DNA of 64,000 nucleotides from Macrostomum lignano (Eukaryota), in assembly GCA_002269645.1 (NCBI GenBank), contig NIVC01002602.1:1-64000 (forward strand), in the 5' to 3' direction. The translations under genes and the position numbers were made by a program. Below the pieces are notes generated by a model. It was not told the origin of the DNA. It did no database searches and saw nothing but the letters and a program-made list of their open reading frames with translations. Each line of letters starts with the position of its first letter. Positions within the stretch are counted from its first letter, which is position 1. Of the stretch, positions 13,901-23,451 are shown one piece after another.

Positions 13901-16900
13901 TTTCTTGAATAGAGATATTTGGGATCAAGAACTCGAACTTGGGATTTCTTAGATAGGGATATTTGGGATAAAAGACTCGAAACTGGGATTTCTTGAATTG
14001 GGATATTTGGGATCAAGGACTCGAATTTGGGATTTCTTAGATAGGGATATTTGGGATCAAGGACTCGAACTTGGGATTTCTTAGATAGGGATCTTTGGGA
14101 TAAAAGACTCGAAACTGGGATTTCTTGAATAGGGATATTTGGGATCAAGGACTCGAACTTGGGATTTCTTAGATAGGGATCTTTGGGATAAAAGACTCGA
14201 AACTGGGATTTCTTGAATAGGGATATTTGGGATCAAAGACTCGAACTGGTATTTCTTGAATAGGGATATTTGGGATCAAAGACTCGAACTGGTATTTCTT
14301 GAATAGGGATCTTCGGGATCAAAGACTCGAACTGGGATTTCTTAGATAGGGATCTTTGGGATCAAAGACTCGACCTGGGATTTCTTAGATAGGGATCTTT
14401 GGGATAAAAGACTCGAAATTGGGATTGCTTAAATAGGGATCTTTGGGATTAAGGACTCGAAATTGGGATTTCTTAGATAGGGATCTTTGGGATTAAGGAC
14501 TCGAAATTGGGATTTCTTAGATAGGGATCTTTGGGATTAAGGACTCGAAATTGGGATCTTTGAGGAGTACTCAAATTTGGGATCTTGATAGCCATATTTA
14601 CCTGCAGTTCGACAGGTTCATCCTCGGGTCCGCCGTATGGCGCCATATCCTCCTGAGACTCCGGTGCCAGCAGCGCGGGCGTGTCGGCCTGCAGGCGGTC
14701 CTGAAGGTCAGCCAGCAGCATGTTGAAAGCTGACTGCACAGCTGCTGCAATGATATCGCAGACGTGCTCAACGGTACCCGGAGACAGATCGGACAAGTTC
14801 ATGTCTCGCTTGACAAAGTGCAAATGCTCGCTAGCATTGGCCAACCAGAACACCAACGACTGCGGCTCCGTCTGACTGTCGGCCACCGCTGCTGACAGAC
14901 TGTCGGCCACGCGGAGCAGGCAGTTGTCAAGGCGGCCGGGATTCAGTTCGGCCGATTCGTTCACTGCTCTAAACACGGCCCGTTCGGTCAGGTAGAGCGC
15001 GTAGGCGGGAGCCAGGCGGAAACGGACTAGCTGGGGAGAGCAGCGGAAAACGGCCTCTTCAATGAGGCGAGAGTCGTGCTGAGGCTGGACGATGAGGCCG
15101 CACGGCAGGTCGTCGAGAGGGCCAGTTGGAGCGGCTGAAGTTTTGGTCGATTGTTTAATCCCCAGATTGATATTCGGAAACTGAAATCCCGAATCTGAAA
15201 TCCCGAATCTGAAATCCCAAATCCGAAATTCCAAAACTAAAATCCCAAATCTATATCCCAACATCCCAAATCTAAATCCCCAGATTTCAAATCTAAATCC
15301 CCAGATCCCGAAACTAAATCCCCAGATTTCAAATCTAAATCCCCAGATCCCGAAACTAAATCCCCAGATAACCAAATCTAAATTCCAAGATCCCAAATCT
15401 AAATCCCCAGATCCCGAAACTAAATCCCCAGATAACCAAATCTAAATCCCAAGATCCCAGGTCTAAATCCCAAGATCCAAAATCTAAATCCCAAGATCCC
15501 AGGTCTAAATCCCAAGATCCAAAATCTAAATCCCTAGATACCAAGTCTAAATCCCCTGATCCCAAGTCTAAATCCCCTGATCCCAAACCAATTTTAAATT
15601 TTACCACACCTGCGGCAGCAACATGCGGTGTTGGCTGCTGCTGTTGCTGCTGCTGCATATACCTCCTCTCGGCCAGCGGGTCGATGAATCTTAGCAGCAG
15701 ATCGCGACCAAATCTAACGCTAACTCCGCTACGCAGGGCGGCCGAGCTGCCGGGACTGACGCGTTGATTATTAATCCACACGGCGCTAGATGGACCGGAA
15801 GGCGATAAGCCCAGACTAGGAGGCTGGCCGGGCCGCTGGCTGATGAGGCAGTGTACCGGCTGCACTTCAGGATGAGCCAGCTGGACAAAAGTAGCATTGG
15901 AGCCGATCGTGGCCGCTACGCTGGGCCCGCCGCTGCCCAGGTGAATCGGGGGCGGCTTATCGATAGGCAGACGGACCAGACGGCCGGATGGGCAGTCGCT
16001 ACCATCGGCGTTCAATTCGACCAGGTAGGGTAGGTCGAGGTTCTGCTGCTGCTGCTGCTGCTGAGGCGGCGGTTGCGGTCGATGCTGCTGTTGAGGCTGC
16101 TGAGGCTGCTGAGGCTGTACCAGAGACGAATGCGACACAGATGCCGACAATGTGCGACCGTTCAATGGCGCCTGCTGCTGCTGAGGCTGCTGAGGTTGTT
16201 GCAGACTCTGCTTCTGTTGCTCGCGATGCTGTTGAAATTGCTTCAGATGCTGTTGGTATTGCTGGCGCATGCCGGCCGGCAATGGGCGGACCTGGAAAAT
16301 GTTGGAATTAATTGCTGGAAAGTAGAATGGAGGCGATTCTTGGAAAATAGATACAGAAGGACGCTTGCTGAAAAGGGCGATTCTTGGACAGGACGATTTT
16401 TAAAAGGGCGATTCTTGGAAAGAGCGATTCTTAGAAAGGTTGATTCTTGGAAATTAGATACAGAGGGTGATTCTTGAAAACAGCGATTCTTGGAAAGAGC
16501 GATTCCTAGAAATTTCTTTTTTTGGAAAGATCGATTTTTGGAAAGGTCGATTCTTGGAAAGGTCGATTCTTGGAAAGTAAATACAGAGGACAATTCTCGA
16601 AAAGAGAGATTCTTGGAAAGGGCGATTCTAAAAAAGGGCAATTCTTACAAATTACATACAAAGCGATTCTTGGAAAGTAGGTAGAGGGCAATTTTTAAAG
16701 TTAATGATAAAATAAATTTGTCATGCATATCCCATCCAGCGCACTAACCTGAAACATAAAAGTTCCTTTAGCTGGCGGCCTATTAAACATGATATCCAAG
16801 GGTCGCTCGTCTGGTGGCAGCGGCTCCTCGAGCTGGTCTGGCCTATAAGACTGCCGATCTTCTCTTGGCGGCAGCCAAATCTTAATCAGGCAATAATCCG

Positions 16901-19900
16901 CCGGATTAGCGGCAGGTAGCATGTTGTACTTTTCTAACATCTCGGACACGATATCGGCGCACGTGTCATCAGTGGTAAGGAGCAGCGCTTTGTAGGGTAT
17001 GTCCGGCTTCAGTGCGTCGCCGTACACTTTCAGGGTGGCACTTTTTGAACCGGCGGCGCTGGCCTGTGGCGGGCGAGAAGATTACCAATGGGATAAATGG
17101 CATCGATGTCTGATAATTTGGGGCTCGAAGATTGCGGCTTGGGGTGCGAAACTCTCACAGTTTAGGGCATCCCTTAATCAGGCTTACAGTATCAAAATCT
17201 CATAACCTCATTATGGCTTACAGTATCAAAATCTCATAACCTCAATCAGGCTTACAGTATCAAAATCTCATAACCTCAAAATCAGGCTTACAGTATCAAA
17301 ATCTCATAGCCTCATTATGGCTTACAGTATCAAAATCTTATAACCTAAAAATCAGGCTTCAGTATCAAAATCTCATAGCCTCAATCAGGCTTACAGTATC
17401 AAAATCTCATAGCCTCACAGAGGCTTACAGAATCAAAATCTCATAGCCTCAATCAGGCTTAGAGTATCAAAATCTCATAGCCTCATTATGGCTTACACTA
17501 TCAAAATCTTATAACCTCAAAATCAGGCTTACAGTATCAAAATCTCATAACCTCAAAATTAGGCTTTCAGTATCAAAATCTCATAGCCTGACACAGGCTT
17601 ACAGAATCAAAATCTCATAGCCTCAATCAGGCTTACAGTATCAAAATCTCATAGCCTCACAGAGGCTTACAGAATCAAAATCTCATAGCCTCAATCAGGC
17701 TTACAGTATCAAAATCTCATAGCCTCACACAGGCTTACAGTTTCAAAATCTCATAACCTCAAAGTCAGGCTTACAGTATTAAAATCTCATAGCTTCACAC
17801 AGGCTTACAGCATCAAAATCCCATAGCCTCATTATGGCTTACAGTATCAAAATCTCATAACCTCAAAATCAGGCTTACAGTATCAAAATCTCATAACCTC
17901 AAAATTAGGCTTACAGTATCAAAATCTCATAGCCTCAATCAGGCTTACAGTATCAAAATCTCATACGCGTAGCCTGACACAGGCTTACAGAATCAAAATC
18001 TCATAGCCTCAATCAGGCTTACAGTATCAAGATCTCATAGCCTCATTATGGCTTACACTATTAAAATATCATAGCCTCATTACGGCTTACAGTATAAAAA
18101 TCTCATAACCTCAAAATCAGGCTTACAGTATAAAAATCTCATAACCTCAAAATCAGGCTTACAGCATCAAAATCTCATAACCTCAAAATCAGGCTTACAA
18201 CATCAAAATCTCATAACCTCAAAATCAGGCTTACAGCATCAAAATCTCATAACCTCAAAATCAGGCTTACAGCATCAAAATCTCATAGCCTCATTATGGC
18301 TTACAGTATCAAAATCTCATAGCCTCATTATGGCTTACAGCATCAAAATCTCATAACCTCAAAATCAGGCTTACAGCATCAAAATCTCATAACCTCAAAA
18401 TCAGGCTTACAGAATCAAAATCTCATAGCCTCAATCAAGCTTACAGTAAGATTGTAAGCCTGAGATTTTGAGACTCATCAGGGCACAATAAAAAATACGA
18501 AGTGCTTCCCTCACCTGCTCAATCTTCTCAAGCTTTTGCTTCCTCCGACGCGCCATCACCAGTTCCGGATTAGAAATTGTCCTAGTAAAAGTGGAATCAG
18601 GCACGGCTGTTGCCTTTTTCTGCTCAGCTTCCATTTGCTCTTTCTTCTTTTTCTCGCGTTTAGACAGGCGCTTCTTGTCGCGTTTGAAACTTTCGCCTGC
18701 AGTGCCAACGCCGCCGACTGAACTGGCGTTGTTGTTCATCTGTTTGGGGGGAATCAACCCGAGTTATATATTGAGTTAAACTAATTTTGACAGGCTTATG
18801 CAATGCTGTGCAATGTTTATGCAACGCGTTGTTTTATATAAAACTATATGGCACGTTGTGAGAGTCACGTCTCTTTAAAAAACCTAACATTAAACTTCAC
18901 CTGGCACAAAATCATGACCCTAAAGTCTTATTTGTCCCAAGAATGACCTGTAAAGTCAAATGGCGCAGCTTAAACCCACTGAAATTGTTCAAAGTTCAAA
19001 GTTGAGAGTCAGGTGAAACGTCAAGTTGGGTGTCAGGAGAAGTCTCAAGCTGTGTCAGGAGAAATCTCAAGCTGGGTGTCAGAAGTCCCAAGCTGGATGT
19101 CAGAAGTCCCAAGCTGGGTGTCAGAGTCACAAGCTGAGTGTCAGAAGTTCTAAGCTGAGTGTCAGGAGAAGTCTCAAGCTGGGTGTCAGAAGAAGTCTCA
19201 AGCTGGGTGTCAGGAGAAGTCTCAAGCTGGGTATCAGGAGAAGTCTCAAGCTGGGTGTCAGGAGTCCCAAGCTGGGTGTCAGAAGAAGTCTCAAGCTGGG
19301 TGTCAGGAGAAGTCTCAAGCTGGGTATCAGGAGAAGTCTCAAGCTGGGTGTCAGGAGTCCCAAGCTGGGTGTCAGAAGAAGTCTCAAGCTGGGTGTCAGG
19401 AGAAGTCTCAAGCTGGGTATCAGGAGAAGTCTCAAGCTGGGTGTCAGGAGTCCCAAGCTGGGTGTCAGAAGAAGTCTCAAGCTGGGTGTCAGGAGAAGTC
19501 TCAAGCTGGGTATCAGGAGAAGTCCCAAGCTGGGTGTCAGAAGAAGTCTTAAGCTGAGTGTCAGGAGAAGTCTTAAGCTGAGTGTCAGGAGAAGTCTCAA
19601 GCTGGGTGTCAGAGGAAGTCTCAAGCTGGGTTTCAGGAGAAGTCTCAAGCTGGGTATCAGGAGAAGTCTCAAGCTGGGTGTCAGGAGTCCCAAGCTGGGT
19701 GTCAGAAGAAGTCTTAAGCTGAGTGTCAGGAGAAGTCTCAAGCTGGGTGTCAGGAGTCCCAAGCTGGGTGTCAGAAGAAGTCTCAAGCTGGGTGTCAGGA
19801 GAAGTCTCAAGCTGGGTGTCAGGAGTCCCAAGCTGGGTGTCAAAATTCTTAAGATGGGTGTCAGGAGAAGTCCCAAGCTGGGTGTCAGGAGTCCCAAGCT

Positions 19901-20677
19901 GCGGTGTCAGAAGTCTCAAGCTGGGTGTCAGGAGAAGTCTCAAGCTGGGTGTCAGAAGTCTCAAGATGGGTGTCAGAAGTCTCAAGATGGGTGTCAGAGT
20001 CACAAGCTGAGTGTCAGAAGTTCTAAGCTGAGTGTCAGGAGAAGTCTCAAGCTGGGTGTCAGGAGTCCCAAGCTGGGTGTCAGGAGAAGTCTCAAGCTGG
20101 GTGTCAGAAGTCTCAAGATGGGTGTCAGAGTCACAAGCTGAGTGTCAGAAGTTCTAAGCTGAGTGTCAGGAGAAGTCTCAAGCTGGGTGTCAGGAACAAG
20201 CAGTTCAACCGGTTAGCAGCAGCAATAACAAATTCAACAGAACTCGGAGAGTCTCACCTCTCTCTGCCGATTAACTTTAGTCTCATTTTTCAATATGAAT
20301 TTGCCATCTCGATCATCTTTGCCCCAATTCAGCTGCACTAGCAGTGGGCGATCCTGTTCAGACAACCGGCGCTCCTCTCCATTGGAGTGAACCTCGTAGA
20401 GGCCATAGATATCGCAGCCGAGCATTTTCAGATCTGGATGAAATTTTTCAACCAGAGGACCAATCAAATCGCGAGTGGTTGCCGTGCTGGACACTCGAAG
20501 GCATTTAGTCTGGTATTTTTGATCGTCGCCTTGAAAATAGAAGCGCATAGCGCCGAAAAACTCCAAGTTCTGATTAGGGAAGGAGATTTCGAATAAATCT
20601 AGACGATTCTCGTTCCATTCGCGTATTCGATTAATGAGCTCTATTCGCTCAGTCTCGTGTTGCGAGGCCGACTGCAT
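3473..20677 (-). CDS. AFDN: Afadin/AF-6/canoe (RA1, RA2, FHA, DIL, PDZ, Pro/Gln-rich and coiled-coil tail), 15 exons, about 2041 aa
   Basis: Exons (minus): 20677-20258, 18739-18515, 17063-16749, 16291-15610, 15134-14602, 13796-13492, 12178-11707, 11366-11061, 10274-9082, 8421-8091, 7041-6607, 5922-5866, 5782-5720, 4891-4622, 3990-3473. All introns are GT-AG with consistent phases. Motifs: WNENRLDLFEIS, MRFYFQ, FTRTISNPE (RA); LPYLVEL (FHA); LTIQLFSQLFHY, WAERQGLELAAECHLAR (DIL); LGLSIV..GRIETGDQLLAVNG (PDZ); VIGAQEVYR and ERLSFHDKM in the tail. The last exon needs +1 nt at about 3680. Confidence 0.95.
4912..5448. repeat. 16-bp minisatellite (TTTTGGTCAGGAGTRG), afadin intron 13
   Basis: CAGGAG recurs at 4921, 4937, 4953, 4969 and onward. 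Confidence 0.95.
6005..6590. repeat. 21-bp minisatellite (CAGCCTGAACCTACAATCTCA; left variant AGGGCTGAACCTACAGTCTGA), afadin intron 11
   Basis: Direct periodicity. Confidence 0.95.
7160..7918. repeat. Purine-rich GAGAGGAGAG/GAGTGTA compound repeat, afadin intron 10
   Basis: Direct; explains the spurious SPL/YTL ORF at 7121..7978. Confidence 0.95.
8445..9030. repeat. About 45-bp minisatellite (GAGAATCATCCATATTTCACCCGAATCTCACCAAAATCTCACCAT), afadin intron 9
   Basis: 15-aa periodicity in the overlapping ORF (ENHPYFTRISPKSHH). Confidence 0.95.
10385..11035. repeat. (ACTA)n/(AACA)n/(ACTG)n tetranucleotide microsatellite, afadin intron 8
   Basis: Direct. Confidence 0.97.
11407..11688. repeat. 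33-bp minisatellite (CTGAGGACCACAGTCACTAATTATGAATTCAAT), about 8 copies, afadin intron 7
   Basis: Units start at 11443, 11476 and onward. Confidence 0.95.
12380..13441. repeat. 24-bp-based minisatellite (CAGGAATGATTCTCAGGAATGCTT) with higher-order variants, afadin intron 6
   Basis: Direct. Confidence 0.95.
13810..14588. repeat. About 44-bp minisatellite (GGGATATTTGGGATCAAGGACTCGAACTTGGGATTTCTTAGATA), afadin intron 5
   Basis: Units at 14044, 14088 and onward. Confidence 0.95.
15180..15592. repeat. About 21-bp minisatellite (AAATCTAAATCCCAAGATCCC), afadin intron 4
   Basis: Direct. Confidence 0.93.
16330..16690. repeat. Degenerate GCGATTCTTGGAAAG repeat, afadin intron 3
   Basis: More than 10 imperfect GATTCT(T/A)GGAAA copies. 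Confidence 0.85.
17175..18447. repeat. 34-36-bp minisatellite (TCAGGCTTACAGTATCAAAATCTCATAACCTCAAAA), afadin intron 2
   Basis: Direct; ends in an inverted partial unit at 18453-18472. Confidence 0.96.
19024..20195. repeat. 24/21-bp minisatellite (GCTGGGTGTCAGGAGAAGTCTCAA / GCTGGGTGTCAGGAGTCCCAA), afadin intron 1
   Basis: Direct; source of several stop-free repeat ORFs on both strands. Confidence 0.96.
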
Positions 20678-20886
20678 GACTGGGGGTCAATTAGCAGTTG
20701 GACAGGAATCAATAATAAAAACTTATTGCTGTAGCAATTTTATGCAGTAATCAGCATATAAATCCACAATCTAAAACCAGATTGGATGGGGGTTTCACAT
20801 AGAAAACATGGGATATGATGACCATTGTGCACTTTTAAAAGTCTAAGAGACAGTTTCATTTCCACAAAATACTATTATATATATAT

Positions 20887-21674
20887 GGCCCATTCCATAT
20901 AAGATGGACATATTTGGAAAATAGAAAAAAGTCAATATTTTTGCTTGTCATTGCCTTATCAGCCAATTTTTTTTACCAAATCTTTTTTGTATGTAATGTA
21001 TACAATCTAAGAAAAAATAAATGATAAAATGTTGGATTAGTATGTTATCAATTGGCAAAAAGTTATTTTTGTAAAAAATTGGACATTTTCTAAGCAAAAG
21101 ACATCATTAAGTTTATGTACCTTTTAAAAACAAATAGAAAGCTTTAGAAGGTTAAAACAAACTATATATAAAATTATAGTAGTTGCATCATCGGATAAAA
21201 ACATTAACAACCATATAATCTATTATATTTTTAATATATTAGTACTTCAAAGTTACTGAATTGACAGAAAAAAATATGTTACGACTATAATGTTACGACC
21301 ATAAGGCTGCTTTTTCTTTTGTATCTTTGTTGCCTTTTTGAGTTTATATATTCTAATAAAAGAGTATGACTTCTAAAGATGTTCTTAGTCAAATTAAAAA
21401 AAATTTATTGCAAAATATCAAAAATGAAAAATTTTATAAGACTTTTATTTTTTAGTTTCTATATGTCAAAAATCCTGTTGTTACGACCATAAGTGCCATT
21501 CAAGGTTTAATAACATCTATACTAATGATGATATCTATATGAAACTTTATAAACATATTCTTGACAAAATAATCTTTCATTCAAAATATTGGTTTAGTAT
21601 ATTCTATTATTAGATTTCATTTTATAAGTAAAAATAGTCTGTCATTTTACGACCATAATTATATGGAATGGCCC
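20887..21674. mobile_element. Non-autonomous TIR element (788 bp), PIF/Harbinger-ISL2EU-like
   Basis: Left end GGCCCATTCCATATAA and right end TTATATGGAATGGCCC (15/16 inverted match), flanked by AT on both sides. Internal TTACGACCATAA occurs 3 times. No coding capacity. The superfamily call rests only on the GG termini and AT TSD. Confidence 0.75.
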
Positions 21675-21734
21675 ATATGGTATCCATAAATTTCCATAAA
21701 TATTCCATAAATACTATATATGGAGACTTTAAAA

Positions 21735-22907
21735 AATGAAGTAATTGCCATCTGAATCAATCACCTTCTGCCATTTTTTAGGCAGAGACATAATGCCATC
21801 AGCGTAGAATTTCTTAGATTTTGAGGCAAAAAACTCATTGAGCCAGTTTTATAGGGCTTCCTCATCAGCAAAAGTTTTGCTCATCAAGGCGTTGGTCAGG
21901 GCCAAGAAAAGATGGTAGTTGCTAGGTGCCAGGTTAGGGGAATATGGAAGATGAGGCACCAGTTCCCAGCCAAGGTCCAGTAACTTTTGGCAAGTCATCT
22001 TGGCAGTGTGGGGGTGGGCGTTATTGTGCAAGAATCGGACTGGGCCATGATTTGGTTGCTTCTATGCAATGGCAGTGGCCAATCTGTCCAGCTGTTGGCA
22101 ATACAGGTTGGCCATAATCAATATGTTGGGTGGCAGTAGCTTGTAGAAGATCACACCTTTGCAGTCCTACCAAATGCACAGTATGACCTTGCAGGGGTGG
22201 AGTCCGGCTTTAGGCTGTGGCTCAGGGGTCATATCAACATTCACCCATAACCATTGACACTTGATGGTCACGTATAAGCACCATTTTTCATCGCTAATAA
22301 CAATTGACATTAGCCAATTGTGCGTGTGCCAATAGGAAAGAAGAGTAGTAGCCATCTCTACCCTGCATTTGCAGTCCCAGTTGGACAATTCATGGGGTCC
22401 CATTGAGTCAACTTGTGCACTTTGCCTAGTTGATGCAAGTGAGTGGCAATTGTTTAATGGTCAACCCCAAGGACTTGCCCCAACTCACACATGGTTTGTT
22501 GGGGGTCAGCCTCAATGAGTGTGCACAAGTAGTCATCATCCAACTCAGAAGGACGCCCTGACCAGGGCAAATCTTTGAGGCTGAAATCTCCCTGGCAAAA
22601 GTGAGCAAACCAATATTGCGCAATGCATTTAGATAATACTAGCACCAAATGAACTGTTAATGTGGCAGCTCAAATTGGCTTTTTTCATACTAAATTTAAA
22701 GTCATAAAGTAACAGACCACAAATATAGGGTTGAAAGAGATCCATGTAATTGATCTGGCTTTGATAGCAACAATCATGAAAAGTAGTCTATCAAGATTGT
22801 ATATACCCATTCTTAATATATACCTACACAGTAAGCTTCTAGAATGTTCTATAAAGTTCTAGGATCAAATTTTCTAGAAACTGCAAGAACTTCTCAACAA
22901 CTGAATA
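21735..22907 (-). mobile_element. Degenerate mariner (Tc1/mariner DD34D) transposon
   Basis: Frameshifted transposase fragments: WFAHF.QGDFSLKDLP.SGRP (HTH), IVISDEKW, HNNAHPHTAK, WELVPHLPYSPNLAPSNYHLF, GIMSLPKKWQKVIDSDGNYF. One mariner-like TIR at 22881-22905 followed by TA; the other TIR was not found. Confidence 0.92.
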
Positions 22908-23015
22908 CAATTAACAATTAGGCCTATAGTAAAAGTTATCATATGCCTAATTAAAATCACTTAAGCTTAATTTATACAATAAAGTTTGGTAAAAATCTTC
23001 TGCTCTCCTGACTAT

Positions 23016-23199
23016 CCATAGTCCAGATCATGGCAGGCATATGCCAGAATGAAAATTCACATTTTTTCAATTTTACACCAATGAATTTTCCATGTTGAAC
23101 CTGAAAATTCTATATGCCAAGTGTATGCCAAGATTGTCAGCGAGACGAAAAATATGCCAGGGGAAAATTCCAGCATAAAGGCCACTTTCTGGACTATGG
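23016..23199. mobile_element. 184-bp MITE with 12-bp TIRs and an 8-bp TSD (hAT or P-like)
   Basis: CCATAGTCCAGA (23016) and TCTGGACTATGG (23188-23199) are perfect TIRs; CTGACTAT is duplicated at 23008-23015 and 23200-23207. Confidence 0.88.
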
Positions 23200-23451
23200 C
23201 TGACTATGGGACAATGTTAATAACAATAAGATTAAAAAACTAGGTCTTTGGCCATAATATTATTAGGCCTAAGTAAGTACTTAGGCCCCTAGTAAATAGT
23301 TCATGAAAAATGTTTTAAATTTTTTTTTAATAAATATATACCATATAGTCTACAGACTAAGATAGGTGGTCATAGGGTTTAAGGCTCTAAGCTAATTCCA
23401 ATGCTAATGCCAATAATGTAATAAACTAATTAAGTAAGAAATTTTCCATTA

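Noticed and set aside
18996-20141. Long ORFs of 250-370 aa on both strands
   Set aside because: They are translations of the 24/21-bp intronic array; periodic, with no domain.
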